A stretch of 63,375 nt of DNA, filler included, from Neoconidiobolus thromboides FSU 785 (taxonomy: Eukaryota > Fungi > Entomophthoromycota), in assembly GCA_025603075.1 (NCBI GenBank). It is 4 parts of 4 records of this genome, joined end to end, with 100 filler letters (N's around TTAATTAATTAA, not from the genome) between each part and the next. Parts side by side here need not be neighbours in the genome. Positions count along the whole stretch, not along the records: positions 1 to 17,356 come from MU626580.1; positions 17,457 to 36,661 come from MU626561.1; 2 more parts are not named here. One strand, given 5' to 3'. This document shows positions 12,506 to 25,293 of the stretch, in pieces; position 1 is the stretch's first letter, and each line of letters opens with the position of its first letter. The notes beneath the pieces were generated by a model. The model was not told the DNA's origin. It saw only the letters and a program-made list of their open reading frames with translations, and did no database searches. The translations under genes were made by a program, and so were the position numbers.

Positions 12506-13457
12506 TTATTTGAAGTTACTAGATGAGTGACATTTGTTTTTGTATAACTTTAGCCTTCTTAGTTCTTTAGATTTACGTTTGTTATTGGTAGAACTTTCAT
12601 TCATAATCGGTATGTTCACTTTGACCGACAACAAAGGTGGTACAAGGGCATCCCATGATTTTTGATGAGTTTCAATGATATCATTATCCAATTTTAAAAT
12701 TTGTTTCTCAGTGCTCACTATAGTTCTATGATAATCTTCTAATTCCTTTTCTAGTTCTTTATTATGTAATCTTATGCTTTCATATTTTAATATCATGGAT
12801 TTATAATAATCTTCATAATCTTTAGTTATATCGTCTTCCTATTAAAACGAAAATTATTGTTGATATATTAAGCTAATTATCAAAATTACATGCTTTTCAA
12901 TTATTTCAACCACTTGTTTATTTCTATAAACTTGGAATAATAATCTTATTACAACTACTAATACTTTAATTTCCAAAAATAAATGCAAAGATTGAATAGT
13001 ATCAATGATGCTCATAACAATGTTCATCAATAGAAAACTAGAATCTAATACTGCTAATTGAATGGTATATAACTTAACATTTGTCAAAGTAACTAACTTT
13101 ATAGCTAATTCTATTATAAATAATAATATAAAGGGAACGCCTAATATATCAAACACTAAATGGAGAATCGACCTTTCATTAAATTTAATGCTCTTATTTT
13201 TGACTAAAGTGGACCCTACATTAATACTTTTAGTACTATTAGTGGAATAAAATTGAATTGAATTTACTATATGCAAATTCAAAACTTATAACAATAAGAT
13301 AAAATATGGAAGTCAACATTGTTTTGTAATGAAATGAACAGGAATCCACAATTTTAAAAGCTTTGTATTGGTATTTTTGGTATCGTGTTATGTTCTCATC
13401 ATGATTTAAATTTACTCGATTTAATATTATTTTATTTTCCAAGGTGCCAATATTCAT
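12506..13457 (-). CDS. Unknown multi-exon protein: hydrophobic membrane segments then a C-terminal coiled coil
   Basis: The ORF 12854-13282 frame joins in phase to the 12506-12838 exon through a GT-AG intron at 12889-12839 (...EIIEKH|EDDITKDYEDYYKSMILKYES...). The 5' exon structure is uncertain. Confidence 0.5.
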
Positions 13458-15795
13458 TTTATAAAAAAGTCAGAGGGGATCAATTTAGTCCTTATATAAT
13501 AATTGAAATCTATTAGTAGCTGTAGTAAATTTATTAAATCGATACTGTTATAGTAATTAAGGCTGTGAAAAGCTCTTAATAAAATAAAGGAAATTAAATA
13601 CTCTATTGAGTTTAAATTCACTGTTATTCCAATAATTTTTATTTTATATACCACTTTTTAAACAATTTATGAATAATGTTGCTTAGCCACTTTAACTATA
13701 AAAAGTCAAAATTTAACGTAAAATTTGCCAACATTTGAATAGAGTAATTTATGTGTTTAAAGCCCGTTTTTAATTGAACAGTATTTTTAACAACTTTAAA
13801 AGTGTATGAGTTAAATGTTAATATTTAATAAAACCTCAATTAAAGTTTTAATTTGAGGAAATTTATTATCATTTTTCTCCTTTCCATTATTTTAAAAAAT
13901 CCTTATTAACTGCATCAAGTTTCGGTTCTATAAATCCTATTCTAACAATCTGAACCACAACTTAAATATTAGTTACTGACAAAATTAGTTTATCTTTATC
14001 CAAGCTCTATTTTAAAGATGAATGTTTTAAAATGCTTATCATATACTTGAAGTTAATAATTTGATCTCTGTCTATTTATGCTTTTAAATTTTTTATTTAT
14101 AATACACCAATGCTTTTGAATATGGTTTGCTATCTTCGCTCTTTAAAACAAATCTATGTTATAAATAAATGAATTACTTTTTTCTATATGGATATTGGCT
14201 TTATTTAAATACTAGCTAACTTAGTTTATTTTTTAGGACTTTGGAATACATTTCAGTTTAATAGTTAAGCTTTTAGGGATAAAACATTTATATGGTTTTT
14301 CAAATTTTAAAAGTGCCCATTACATTCAATTTGATTTATATCAAGTTTTAAAAATCATACTGAACATAGAAAAGTATGAAGTTAACATATGTTTTAGTTC
14401 TTGAACTGTCATTAAAAACAATCAACCAAGTAATTATACTATCCGTTTTTTTAATATTATAAAATAATAATTTTTAAGCTTAAAGAAGTTAACGATTCAA
14501 AAGAATGTATAAATCAAGGGATATATACTTATTTTTAAAATCTAGATTCTTTTTAACGGAAATTAAAAAATCAAGCTTTAAGTTTGAAGAGATAAAAAAT
14601 CTCAAGCTCCTTTATTTCAAGTCCTTATCAAAAAAGGAAACTATAGTTTTCAAAAATTGATTCAAATTTAAGCAAAAAAAAAAAGCATTTTAACAAAAGT
14701 AAAAGAAATGAACATTTTAATATAAATTTGCCTTGATTTTTTACTTTTAATAATGATATTAGATAAAGATGAAATAAAAACGTTATTTAATGACTATTAA
14801 TAAAATAAGCTAAAGCGCTAGCTTTGTGTTAAATGTTTTTTAAAACGATTTTTTATAATTAAATAAAGAGTTAGCATTTTATTATTGTTATAAACCAAAT
14901 TTAACATATTAGTTGAATTAAAAAACCCAGAATGGAGCTAGATCCAGAAGGTTATAATGTTTTATTTCAAAGCTGCTTTTATGGAGAGGATGTAGTGGTT
15001 GGGTATTATTTAACATTTAAAAGGTTGCGCTGATGCTTGCATGGTAAAAAGTTAAAATTGAAAAATATTAACCTGTGTGATTTCTAAAACTACTAATCAT
15101 TTAAAATAAAATAGAATTTTTTTGTTGACAAAACTATTAATATTTTGTCTTGAAATAATATTGTATTAACACTATATTTTATTAATTTCAATTATTCTTT
15201 ATTTGACTATTAAAAGTAATATATATATATAAAGTAGCGTTTTTTTAAGCTGTGAAATACCGCTTTATCAACTCCGTTCCAAAGAATATTACCCTTTCTT
15301 TTTCATATCCATACTTGTCGGAGTATGAAAGAGATTTTAGAACATAGTAACTCAAGGCTTTTTAACTGAATTATTCTTTGATATCTCGTACATTTAATAA
15401 ACCCACTAAGTTTTATCAATAGTATTTTATATAGATTTTACAGTATTATTGTCTATTATATTTGTCTTAGTCTACAGTCTATTGCATGCTATTCTTTATA
15501 ATCTAAGTCTATCTTAGCTATATTAAATCAAGACCTTTCAACTTGCAACTATTCAATCAAGCAATAGCTGCTTTTGACTCTAACCACTGAGTACCAGATT
15601 TCACACTTATTGGTTTTTATTTTCTATTTCTTTTAAAGCACTAACTTTATGCATTGCTCAATTAATTTTATTATCATTATAATAAACTTTAATAATTTTT
15701 TATTTATTTATTTGTTTTATTGTAAAATTTTATGAACCCTGGGCTACTATAAATAGTTATTAAAATTAATGTAAATGAATTACGGTGTTTACATA

Positions 15796-15901
15796 ATATG
15801 GAGATGTATTTTTTGTTTGAGGATTTTACTAACAACCTTTCTGCTCAAATAGCACCTAAAAAATGGAAAAAATAATGAAATCAAAAAAATCATCCCTATA
15901 T
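15796..15901 (-). mobile_element. MITE copy
   Basis: ATAT-GGAGATGTATTTTT...CATCCCT-ATAT. Confidence 0.9.
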
Positions 15902-16352
15902 GCTTTCTATTGCTATATTGAAGTTCTTAAAAATTCTATTTTAAGACTTAATTATAAAAAACAAAATGAAACAACTATATATCTATTAAAAATTTAATAA
16001 AGCTATTTTAAAAATTTAATAAAAATGATATAAAGTACACAATTGAAAAAGTCAACTATTCAAAAAAATTAAAACTTTGATTAATTTTAAGTAAATTTTT
16101 AAACTAGTTTAGATATTTATATACATATAAAATAATAAATCTAAATAAAAAAACTTTTTTTCAACTAAACTTTCATTAGTATATAAATTAATACTAAAAC
16201 AAATATTAAATATAGCAATAAAATCATAACTGATAAATGTTCTCAAAATAAAAAATACTCGCATATTATTTATAAATAATTAATATTTAAAAAATTTTGT
16301 GCTCTGTATTTTTAAGAATTTAATTAAAATTAAACACTAGTTGAAAATAATT

Positions 16353-16458
16353 ATATGGAGATGTGTTTTTGTATTTAAGGATTTTGCTAATGATTTTTCC
16401 GCTCAAGTAGTGCCTAAAAAATGGAAAAGTAATCAAATCAAAAGAAACATCCCCATAT
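16353..16458 (-). mobile_element. MITE copy
   Basis: ATAT-GGAGATGTG...CATCCCC-ATAT. Confidence 0.9.
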
Positions 16459-16472
16459 ATATAAACCAATGT

Positions 16473-16574
16473 AACAGGGATGTATTTTTCTTAGGATTTT
16501 TATTGATAATCTTTCTGCTCAAACAATGTTTAAAAAATGGAAAAAGTGATGAAACCAAAAAAGTACCCACGTGT
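16473..16574 (-). mobile_element. MITE copy, adjacent to the previous one
   Basis: GGGATGTATTTTTC...ATGGAAAAAGTGATGAAACCAAAAAAG. Confidence 0.75.
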
Positions 16575-16853
16575 GCTAATTATTTTTTTATCAAATTAAT
16601 TATAATAAGGAAAAGTATTATTATATAAAATATAAAATTTTTATTATAACTTTATATCATTTAAAGAATAAAATTTAGTTATTGTTAGTTATTAATTATT
16701 TTTTAATTTTTACGTTTGATTTACTCTATCATTAAATTTACTTTTTATCAATCCTTTTGAGTATTTTTGTGTTTTTATTACTATATTTTTTAGCATATTT
16801 TTTACTAAAATTAGAATAATTAATTAATCTATTTATTACAATTCAAAGATAAA

Positions 16854-16944
16854 ATCTGGTAATTTTTTGGTTTCATTACTTTTTCCACTTTTTAAGCGGA
16901 AGGATTGTTAGTAAGATTCTTAAATAAAAAATACATGCCCATTT
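16854..16944 (+). mobile_element. MITE copy with internal deletion, abutting the right inverted-repeat arm
   Basis: TTTCATTACTTTTTCCACTTTTTAAGCGGAAGG...AAATACATGCCC. Confidence 0.8.
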
Positions 16945-16947
16945 ATT

Positions 16948-17356
16948 TTAATGCTATTTATTATTTGTTAGCATACATCAGACAATGGTAGTACTAAATA
17001 ACTATTTAAGTTTATTCCAATGGGGTCAGTAACAAGATACGAATGTGGATGATATATAATAATTGGGAAAACCTTGTTTTTAAACCTAAATAATTGTGGG
17101 GTAAATTCAAAACAGCAATCATCACTAAAACCTATTTCAACTATTTTTCTATCAACTAATTTAATATTAGTATTAATAAAGGGATCAATAGAATGATCAA
17201 CAACATTTAAAATTGTTACAGCAATCAAATCCTTACATATTGATATAAAATATAATTCTAATGTACTTTTTGTTTTCAAATAGTGAAAATCTAATTTTAA
17301 ATTTAAAGTATTACAAAATAAGTTCCACCCTATTCTTTCATCAATTTCTTTTATAC
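16948..17356 (-). repeat. Right arm of the contig-terminal inverted repeat
   Basis: Reverse complement of 1-410. Confidence 0.95.
16968..17354 (-). CDS. Second copy of the 3' part of the unknown repeated gene, open to the contig edge
   Basis: Same peptide as 3-389 except N>T (FINTNIK) and a different end (LVLPLSDVC). Confidence 0.45.
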   Translation of the reverse strand: MKEIDERIGWNLFCNTLNLKLDFHYLKTKSTLELYFISICKDLIAVTILNVVDHSIDPFINTNIKLVDRKIVEIGFSDDCCFEFTPQLFRFKNKVFPIIIYHPHSYLVTDPIGINLNSYLVLPLSDVC

Positions 17357-17456
17357 NNNNNNNNNNNNNNNNNNNNNNNNNNNNNNNNNNNNNNNNNNNN
17401 TTAATTAATTAANNNNNNNNNNNNNNNNNNNNNNNNNNNNNNNNNNNNNNNNNNNN
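17357..17456. other. Artificial contig spacer (N44 + TTAATTAATTAA + N44)
   Basis: The six-frame stop linker flanked by Ns recurs identically three times. Confidence 0.97.
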
Positions 17457-17965
17457 ATATTTGCTGAACTATTTTTATTAACACCATTGTTTAAAGGTAA
17501 TTAGAACAACTATAATAACTATAATAACTATACAAATAAGAATAACAATTTAAATATTAATTTAGCTGAAAATGCTGATGGACACTTAGATTTAATTTTT
17601 AAGTAAGAAAAATTAATTGGGAAACTCAATAAATATTGATTATTTATTTTAGAACACTTGGTATTCCAACTGAAGCTACTTGGCCCGGAGTTACTAACTT
17701 TGAAAAGTTCCAAAAGTATATCCATAATACTTACAGACCACAGGGTCTTCATAACGCTTGTCCAAATATGACTGAAGAAGTTAGAGAAATTCTTGAGGTA
17801 TGGTTCATTTTATATAGTAGTGTAATTTAGATTATTGACTTTATAATTGTAGGAAATCTTAGTTTGTAACCCAAAAAGAAGGATGAAAGGCACACAGTTT
17901 GTTTCTTTACCTTATTTTGCTATTGAAGAAGACCACGTATATCATAGGCTAGTTAGGATGCCTAG
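17457..17965 (+). repeat. 509-bp direct repeat identical to the contig end (36153-36661)
   Basis: No differences seen by eye; duplicated ORFs in the track are offset by exactly 18696 bp. Confidence 0.95.
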
Positions 17966-17978
17966 ATTTAGCAAATAA
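17457..17978 (+). CDS. 3' exons of the divergent CDK, including the stop codon
   Basis: [13 protein letters not shown]...[13 protein letters not shown]...CNPKRRMK...RMPRFSK*; stop at 17976-17978. Confidence 0.85.
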
Positions 17979-18376
17979 GTTGGTAAAGTCTTACTAAGAT
18001 AGTTTAACTGTGGATTAAATAGCTTACGGATAATGTTTATTTTAGTAAGCATTTGGTTGATTATAATGTGATAAAAATTTGTATTTATTTCTTTTAATTA
18101 TGCTATATTCTTTATAATTTTATTTTATAAAAAATTGTTGCTAAACCAATTTGACTTAAACTGAAATTTGACTTTATATATTTGTTAAATGACTTTTTGA
18201 AATTTTTTGGATATCACGACTTTATTAATAAATTAATAGTTAATACTAACTAAAACCAAAAGGGAAATGAGCTGTGGTTAATGTTAGAGCTACAGGCTCT
18301 GATAAATGTGAGAAGTTAATAGGAGACTTAGAGATAGAGAAAGGATCTAACCATGAAAGGCAATTGATGTTACTGC

Positions 18377-18482
18377 ATATGGAGATGGTTTTTTTGGCTT
18401 CACTACTTTTTCCATCTTTTAGGCACTATTTAAGTGGAAAAGTTGTTAGTAAAGTTCTTAATACAAAAATATATTCCCATAT
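18377..18482 (+). mobile_element. MITE copy
   Basis: ATAT-GGAGATGG...ATATTCCC-ATAT. Confidence 0.9.
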
Positions 18483-21080
18483 GTTAGTATAAAGAAATTA
18501 CTATGAGTACATCCTACTACAAAATAAGACATTTTGTTATAGACTAAATAAAAAAATGTAAGCTTTTTAATAAATTGTTTAGTTTAACTTTCTAATAATT
18601 TTTCAAGACTTTGTTTTCTTAAACAAAACAAACTATATGTATGGATGTGTAATCAAAAAAAATCTATCAAAATGTATAAATTGTTTAGTGTATAACTTAT
18701 TTTAGATACAAGTCATTTAATCATTTATCATATTTATCGTACTTATTTGATGCATATAACCTATATGGTTGATATGAGCACATTAAAAGTATTCTAAACA
18801 AAAATTTTAATTATTTTGACAATCATTTTAAAGTTTATTTTATCTTGATAAGTCATATTAATTAAAGATAATAGAATCACATATGCTAGAATTTAGCACA
18901 AACTATAATCAATTTTATAAAAAACACTATTAAAATTTTTAATACTTTTTGATATTTAATATACTTTAATTATTAATTTTAATATAGTAAACTGCCTTGT
19001 ATAGTTTTTTTGCATAAGGGTTTATTAAAGCAAATGAAAAAAATTTAAGGCTATAACGAACACAAATTAAAGCAAAAAAATGAGAATAATATAAATAAAA
19101 AATATTAATTTTATATTTAAATAATGTTGCATCACAAAAGAAAAAGTTTATTATATCTATAAAGAGTATTGCTGTTTTTTAATCTCAGCTTAACTCCAAG
19201 TGAATCTAGATTATTTTCAAATAAACACGACGATTCAACCGATATTAATATTATCTCTTTTATCAAAGAAATAAACTCAATTATACCGAAAATACATTTT
19301 TAAATTCGAGTTTTTCAACTTATCTTTTTTTTTGAAAAAGGCCTAGATCAATCTTTTAGCTTAAATGTTGCGCTCGGTAACTATTAGCTATTTTTGGTAA
19401 TTAAAATGAAATTTACATTTCCTTAGAACTAGCAAAGGTTAACTGTTAAATATTGAAAATCAAACAACACAACTTGATGTTATTAAAAGTTGAGGTGTAT
19501 TTAGGATAATGAATAATATTTCTGCTTTAAAACTAAGGGATAATACACAAAAACCGGGAATTCTAGGTTTATGATATAAAGCTAGTGGATAAAGAGTGTT
19601 GATTTAAAGAAGATTAAAAATGTTCAAGTCTATTGATAAAGGAAAGCACCATTTTAGACAAAGGAATTTGTGGTAATTATGGCTAAACATTCCATTTAGT
19701 TAAGTTACATTAGGTTTACCTCATTTTTTAATAAAAAGATGTTGTGTGTAATATAAAACTAGGTAACATTTCTCAAAAAAAGATATCAATTGATTAAAAA
19801 GTAAAGCAGAATTTTGTTTTAAGCCTAAATACTAAAGGTCGGATATCTCTCCTTTATCTTTTTATATACTATATGATATAAACTAGTTCTAATAGTATTG
19901 AGCCATATTTAACCGAAGTTATATATTTTGATTATTAATATTTTTTCAAAAACTTTTTATGAAATAAAATATTTACCTTGATTTTTAAGTTTCGCCAATT
20001 TTAATATTCCTTTTTTAAATGCCTAAAACTGTTGCCATTGTTTTTAGCATTTAAAACGCATTGCTTGTACGCGTAATCAAGTTTAACAGTCAAATGTATG
20101 AAACTAAATATAATGTTTAGTTAATATTGTTTTAAAAAATAAGTTTCCATTTAATATAAAAGAAAATTAGCAACAAAACTGAAATATTAATAAAATTTAG
20201 TTTATTAACTAAGTTTGAAGTTTATAACTTTTCTTTTTACCCGAAGAACAAATATTATTAATAAAAATAAAATAAAATTAAACACTTGATTTACCCTTTT
20301 AATAAACTAGGTAATTTAACCTATTAATTATACCTTTTTAGAGTTTTAATAAACTAAATTTTTTATCAATAGTTTACAAATCTACAATTTACCAACAGTC
20401 AAATGTTTCAATCTTAAACCTACAGTTAATGTTTAAATAGTAATTTAGTTGAAAATTTAAAATCTTATTAGCATATACAGCATAAACTAGTGTCAACCGT
20501 CAAGTAACTGAAATCTAATAGTCTTAGTTTAAAATCAATGAAAGCGGTAACTTGGGTGAACATCTTAAAAAAGTATTATGGGTAATTACTCTCCATGCCC
20601 AGTTTAAAAATTCTTAATTTAGACATCAATTCCCTTTTGTACGTCAAAATGCTTAAATTGTTAGACGAAAATTTCAAATTCTACTGTTATCAAAATCACA
20701 CGTTTAATCAATTTTTCTAGTAGCTGGGTAAATTTTAGGTATTAGAAAATAAATGCTGAGGAGTATAAGCCAAAATGGATAATTAAAACAGGTAAATTAG
20801 GGAGAAAAAAAATATAGAATTAGTGATATTAATATTTTTTTTATTCCTAAACCTTTTACTTCTTTTCTATTTAATACTCTTTTTTCATTTCCTTCCTTTT
20901 AACCAATACTTTACAATATCAACTATCGACACAGTTTATTTTATGTACAGTATTACTATTTAAATATAGCTTAACGATCATACATTCGAACAAATCAATA
21001 TTTATACAACCCAAATATTCAATATCAATATTATATTACAACAAGAGCTCCAACAGCAACAAACAATAAGGTGTCAATCA

Positions 21081-22699
21081 ATGATGTCTGGTTCAGGGTA
21101 TCCAATTTTGAGTCAACCCAAGTTTTATTCAGAAGATGTATCGACTGAAGAAATGAAAGCAGAAAGTGACTATTTTCAGAATATTTTAAGTAAACAAGAC
21201 AATTCAATGATGCCATTAACAGAAGAAATGCTTACTAACTATAGCTTAATACAAACTACCAATATCAACCCTCCTTTGTTCAGCACGCAGTCACCCTATT
21301 TAGACATGAGTAGTTTTAATCCTAGTATGGCTAACATTGGTTTAAATAATCAAACTTTTTCCTATCCACCAAACTTTAATAATGAATTTAATACTACTAA
21401 TGCTACTAATTTTAATTATTACAATCCATCAAGTGATCCTATATTAAATACTAACAGTTCATTAAATAGTTCCGATCAAAACCAATTTATTAATCAAAAC
21501 AAAAGTAAATATATAATACTCATTATCAAAATAAGATACTAATATAACAACGAAATATTCTTTAGGACATAGTGGAAATGAATTATTAACTTCAATACAA
21601 GGTCCTTCTTTATTTTATCAAGGAACTAATTTACTACAAGAGAATAATAATAACTCAAATTTATCGTATCAACAATTTCAACAATTTCCAATGAGTTTGT
21701 CCTTTCATCCAAGTTTTATCACTGTACTTCTTTTACTACTATACAAAATAATTGAATATTAAACATATTTCTTTTAGGATACATCTAGTATAAACAACTC
21801 AGGCTATTTCCATTCGAATGATGGTATGAATTTACAATCAACTCAAAAGGCGTATAGTGGTTTTTTATTATTTTGCAATGAACGACGTCCTGAGTTATTG
21901 AATATCAATCAAGAGTTAACGGAAAGTATGCAAAACAAGCTATTAAATCAAGAATGGGCTTCAATGAGTGAAGTAAATTTTAATGTTCTATATAAACCAA
22001 ACAATTGTTACTAACATCTTCCTAATATAGATCCAAAAGATAGCTTATTTCGAACGAGCTCGTAATTACAACCAACAAAACTATAAAAGTTTATCCAGCC
22101 CTGCCAGTTATTCCCAACCAATTCAACCCTTAAAACCACCAAAGGGAAAGGATGGCCCAAAACGACCAATGAATGCCTATCTCTTATTTAATAAAGAAAA
22201 TCGTCCAAAACTCTTGAAAGCAAACCCGAATGCTAGTACTCCAGAGGTGAGTCGAGCTATAGGTGATAAATGGAAGAGTCTCTCCTTAGAAGAAAAACAA
22301 GTTTACATTGATCAAGCACTCGAATTACGTACTCAATTTTTCAGTGATAACCCAGGCTATGTATTTACAAGACAAAGTAAATCATCAATTAAAGCAAGTC
22401 TGCTGAATCCTACTGGTATGAGTCAACGAGGTAGACGGAAGCGGGATCGAAATTCAGATGCGCCAAAACATCCCATGTCGGCTTTTTTATTTTATTTAGT
22501 TGAAAAACGATCGGAAGTCGCTGAAAAACATAGTGGTAATCCTATAGGTCCTATTTCAAGAATTATCTCTCAAAGGTGGAATAAGCTGTCGGATGAGGAA
22601 AAGAAACCGTGGGTTATGAAGGCGGAAGAGGATAAAAGACGCTATGCTACAGAGTTAAAAGCATTTCAAATTGCTACAAGTAAACCAAGGACGCCTTAA
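21081..22699 (+). CDS. Multi-exon protein with an Asn/Gln/Ser-rich N-terminus and three HMG boxes (HMGB/Ixr1-like)
   Basis: Boxes: KAYSGFLLFCNERRPEL, PKRPMNAYLLFNKENRPKL and PKHPMSAFLFYLVEKRSEV. GT-AG introns near 21508, 21723 and 21973 keep the frame. The start codon is uncertain. Confidence 0.85.
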
Positions 22700-23127
22700 G
22701 TTTCTTCTTCCTTTGTTTTTTATAGTTGTTATTTGTAACTTGACTGGTGCTCTTATCTCTTTTTTAAAAAAACATAAATATTGCTGGTGAATAAATTCAT
22801 TATTAATTTAAAAATAAAAAAACAATGTATTTTTTAAAAGTTTTTTGATTAAATTTTGCTTTGTTTACTATGTCATTGGTTTTTTACAAATGTCTAAATC
22901 TCAATTTTAAAAATTTATGGCTCATAATAATTTCTAATCATCATTTTAGTTTAACCTAATTTAAAATCTGCAACAATCCAAAAGAAATGGACATTTTCTA
23001 AATTGAGCCAATCATTAATTGCAAAAATTAACAATTTGTACGTCATCTTAGAGAAAACTTAAGTTTAAGCACAATTCACTTGTACTTATATTTTTATAAA
23101 GTTGAAATTTTTAAATCAAGAATCAAG

Positions 23128-25067
23128 ATGACTGCCGATATAATTTCAGATACTCCTATTGAAGTTGAATCCAAACCAGAAGTAAAAGAAAAAAATTTAT
23201 TGGATGGTAAAATTTACTCTTTTAATCCCATATTTGATTTTTTATTAATGTAATTTCTATTCTTTCTACAGATATCAAATCAGCTCTTCAATTATTAGAA
23301 AAAGGAGTCAACAGTGTAGAAACCCGTTTTATTTCACGAGCATTAAGGGGAATACCAACTATCAGAAAAGAATTGAATAAAGAGTTGCTTGCTAATTCTA
23401 TTGTAAAATTTTTCCCAGAAGGTAACTATTAATATAATTCCAAAAAAAAGTAGTATTAATTCTTCATTAGATAACTTACGTGGAACTACATTATTAAACT
23501 TACTCGATAGTAAACGTGAAGAAAATGGTGGGGAAAATACTCACTCTACTATTCTTCCAGAAGCTGAGTTATATTTAAGTTTATTAGTACAATTGTTTTT
23601 ATTAGATAATCAACAGATTGAAAAAGTAAATTCTTATAAATCTCAATTATAATATATCTAATTAATACTTTTTTAAATAAAGTGTACTTATCTTTCAGAT
23701 GAATTGGTGAAACACATCCAAGTATTAAATCGTCGTAGCTGTGATAAATTAGCTGCCAAAATTTATTTTTATTTTGCTCAGGTTTATGAAAAGCAAGGCA
23801 AATTAGAAAGTATTCGATCGTAAGTTTATTTTATTCTATTTTATTTAAACAATAAAACTAATATTATTTTACCTCCAGAGTATTATTGGCTGCCCAACGT
23901 TCATCCTCTTTACGCTTAGATGATGAATCTCAAGCAACCATTATTAATATTTTAATACGTAGTTATTTTTTTAGTAATTTATATGATCAAGCGGATAAAT
24001 TAATCAGCAAAACTACTTTTCCAGAAGATGTAAGTAACAATCAATATATCCGTTATATGTATTATGTTGGTCGTATTAAAGCATTGCAATTGGATTATAC
24101 TTCGGCTTATCAACATTTATTACAAGCAGTACGTAAAGCACCTCATAATGCACCAGCAGCTGGCTTTTTACAAACAGCTTATAAACTGTATTTGATTATT
24201 CAATTATTAATGGGTGAATTACCAGATCGAGAAATGTTTCAAATTCCATATTTGAAAAAGAGTTTGTTACCTTATCTTGAAATTACACAAGCAGTTCGAA
24301 TTGGTGATTTGACTAAATTTCAAGAGGCCTTAACTAAATACTCTAATATCTATCAAAAAGATAAAAATTATAATTTAATATTAAGATTAAGACACAATGT
24401 TATTAAAACTGGTATTCGAATGATTTCTTTAAGTTATTCGAAAATTTCCTTAAGAGATATTTGCTTTAAATTACAATTGGATTCCGAACAAGATGCTGAA
24501 TATATTGTAGCTAAGGTAAAATAATAGCTCAAACTGTTTTAGTATTATATATTAATAATTGTATTGCTATTTTCAGTCTATTAGAGATGGTGTTATTGAT
24601 GCAGTTATTAACCACGAAGAAGGTTATGTTGAATCAAAGGTAAACTCAAAATGATAGTTATATTGCAGATATTAATATTAACAATATTTTTAAATAGGAA
24701 AATGTAGATGTTTATTCTAGCAGTGAACCAATGAATGCCTTCCATCAACGTATTTCTTTCTGTTTAAATTTACATAATGAATCTGTTAAGGTAAGTAAAT
24801 TAATATTAACTTGTATTATATATTATATATTATATATTATATATTATATAATATAATAATAATAAGATAATACCTTAATACCTTAATAATGATGTCGAAC
24901 TAATGCTTTTATTTATTTTACAATTAATATAGGCAATGAGATTCCCAGATAATTTTTATAATCCAGAAATTGATTCATTTGAAAATCTTTATGATCGTGA
25001 TAGGGATTATTTTAAAGATATTGTAGATGATGATTTAGGTGATGAAGATAGTAATATGGAATTTTAA
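23128..25067 (+). CDS. RPN3: 26S proteasome lid subunit Rpn3 (PCI domain), multi-exon
   Basis: [16 protein letters not shown]...[27 protein letters not shown]...DAEYIVAK, then [31 protein letters not shown]. Confidence 0.95.
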
Positions 25068-25147
25068 AAAATAAATAAATATTGATTTTTTTATTATGCT
25101 TTTTATACTATATTATCTTATGAATATTTTTACTAATGAAAAAGAAT

Positions 25148-25254
25148 TAAATGCAATGTCTTATTTTGTTTAAATTTACTAATGATTTTTCCGCTTTATA
25201 ATACAGTGCTTGAAAAAAAAGAAAAATGACAAAACTAAAAAGACACTTCCAAAC
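25148..25254 (-). mobile_element. Degenerate MITE copy between RPN3 and the next gene
   Basis: TTTACTAATGATTTTTCCGC...AGTGCTTGAAAAAAAAG matches the reversed core. Confidence 0.55.
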
Positions 25255-25293
25255 GTTGATTTGAATTGAAAAAGATAAGTTTTTTTTTTAAAA

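Noticed and set aside
17357-17456. TTAATTAATTAA palindrome inside N runs (also 36706-36717 and 49536-49547)
   Set aside because: It is an artificial six-frame stop linker used to concatenate contigs, not a biological motif. Gene adjacency across it is meaningless.
24815-24865. TATATTA and TTTTTA microsatellite-like runs (also ~25755-25790 and 42420-42455), plus a short palindrome at ~38213-38236
   Set aside because: These are expected in very AT-rich introns and intergenic DNA, with no sign of function.
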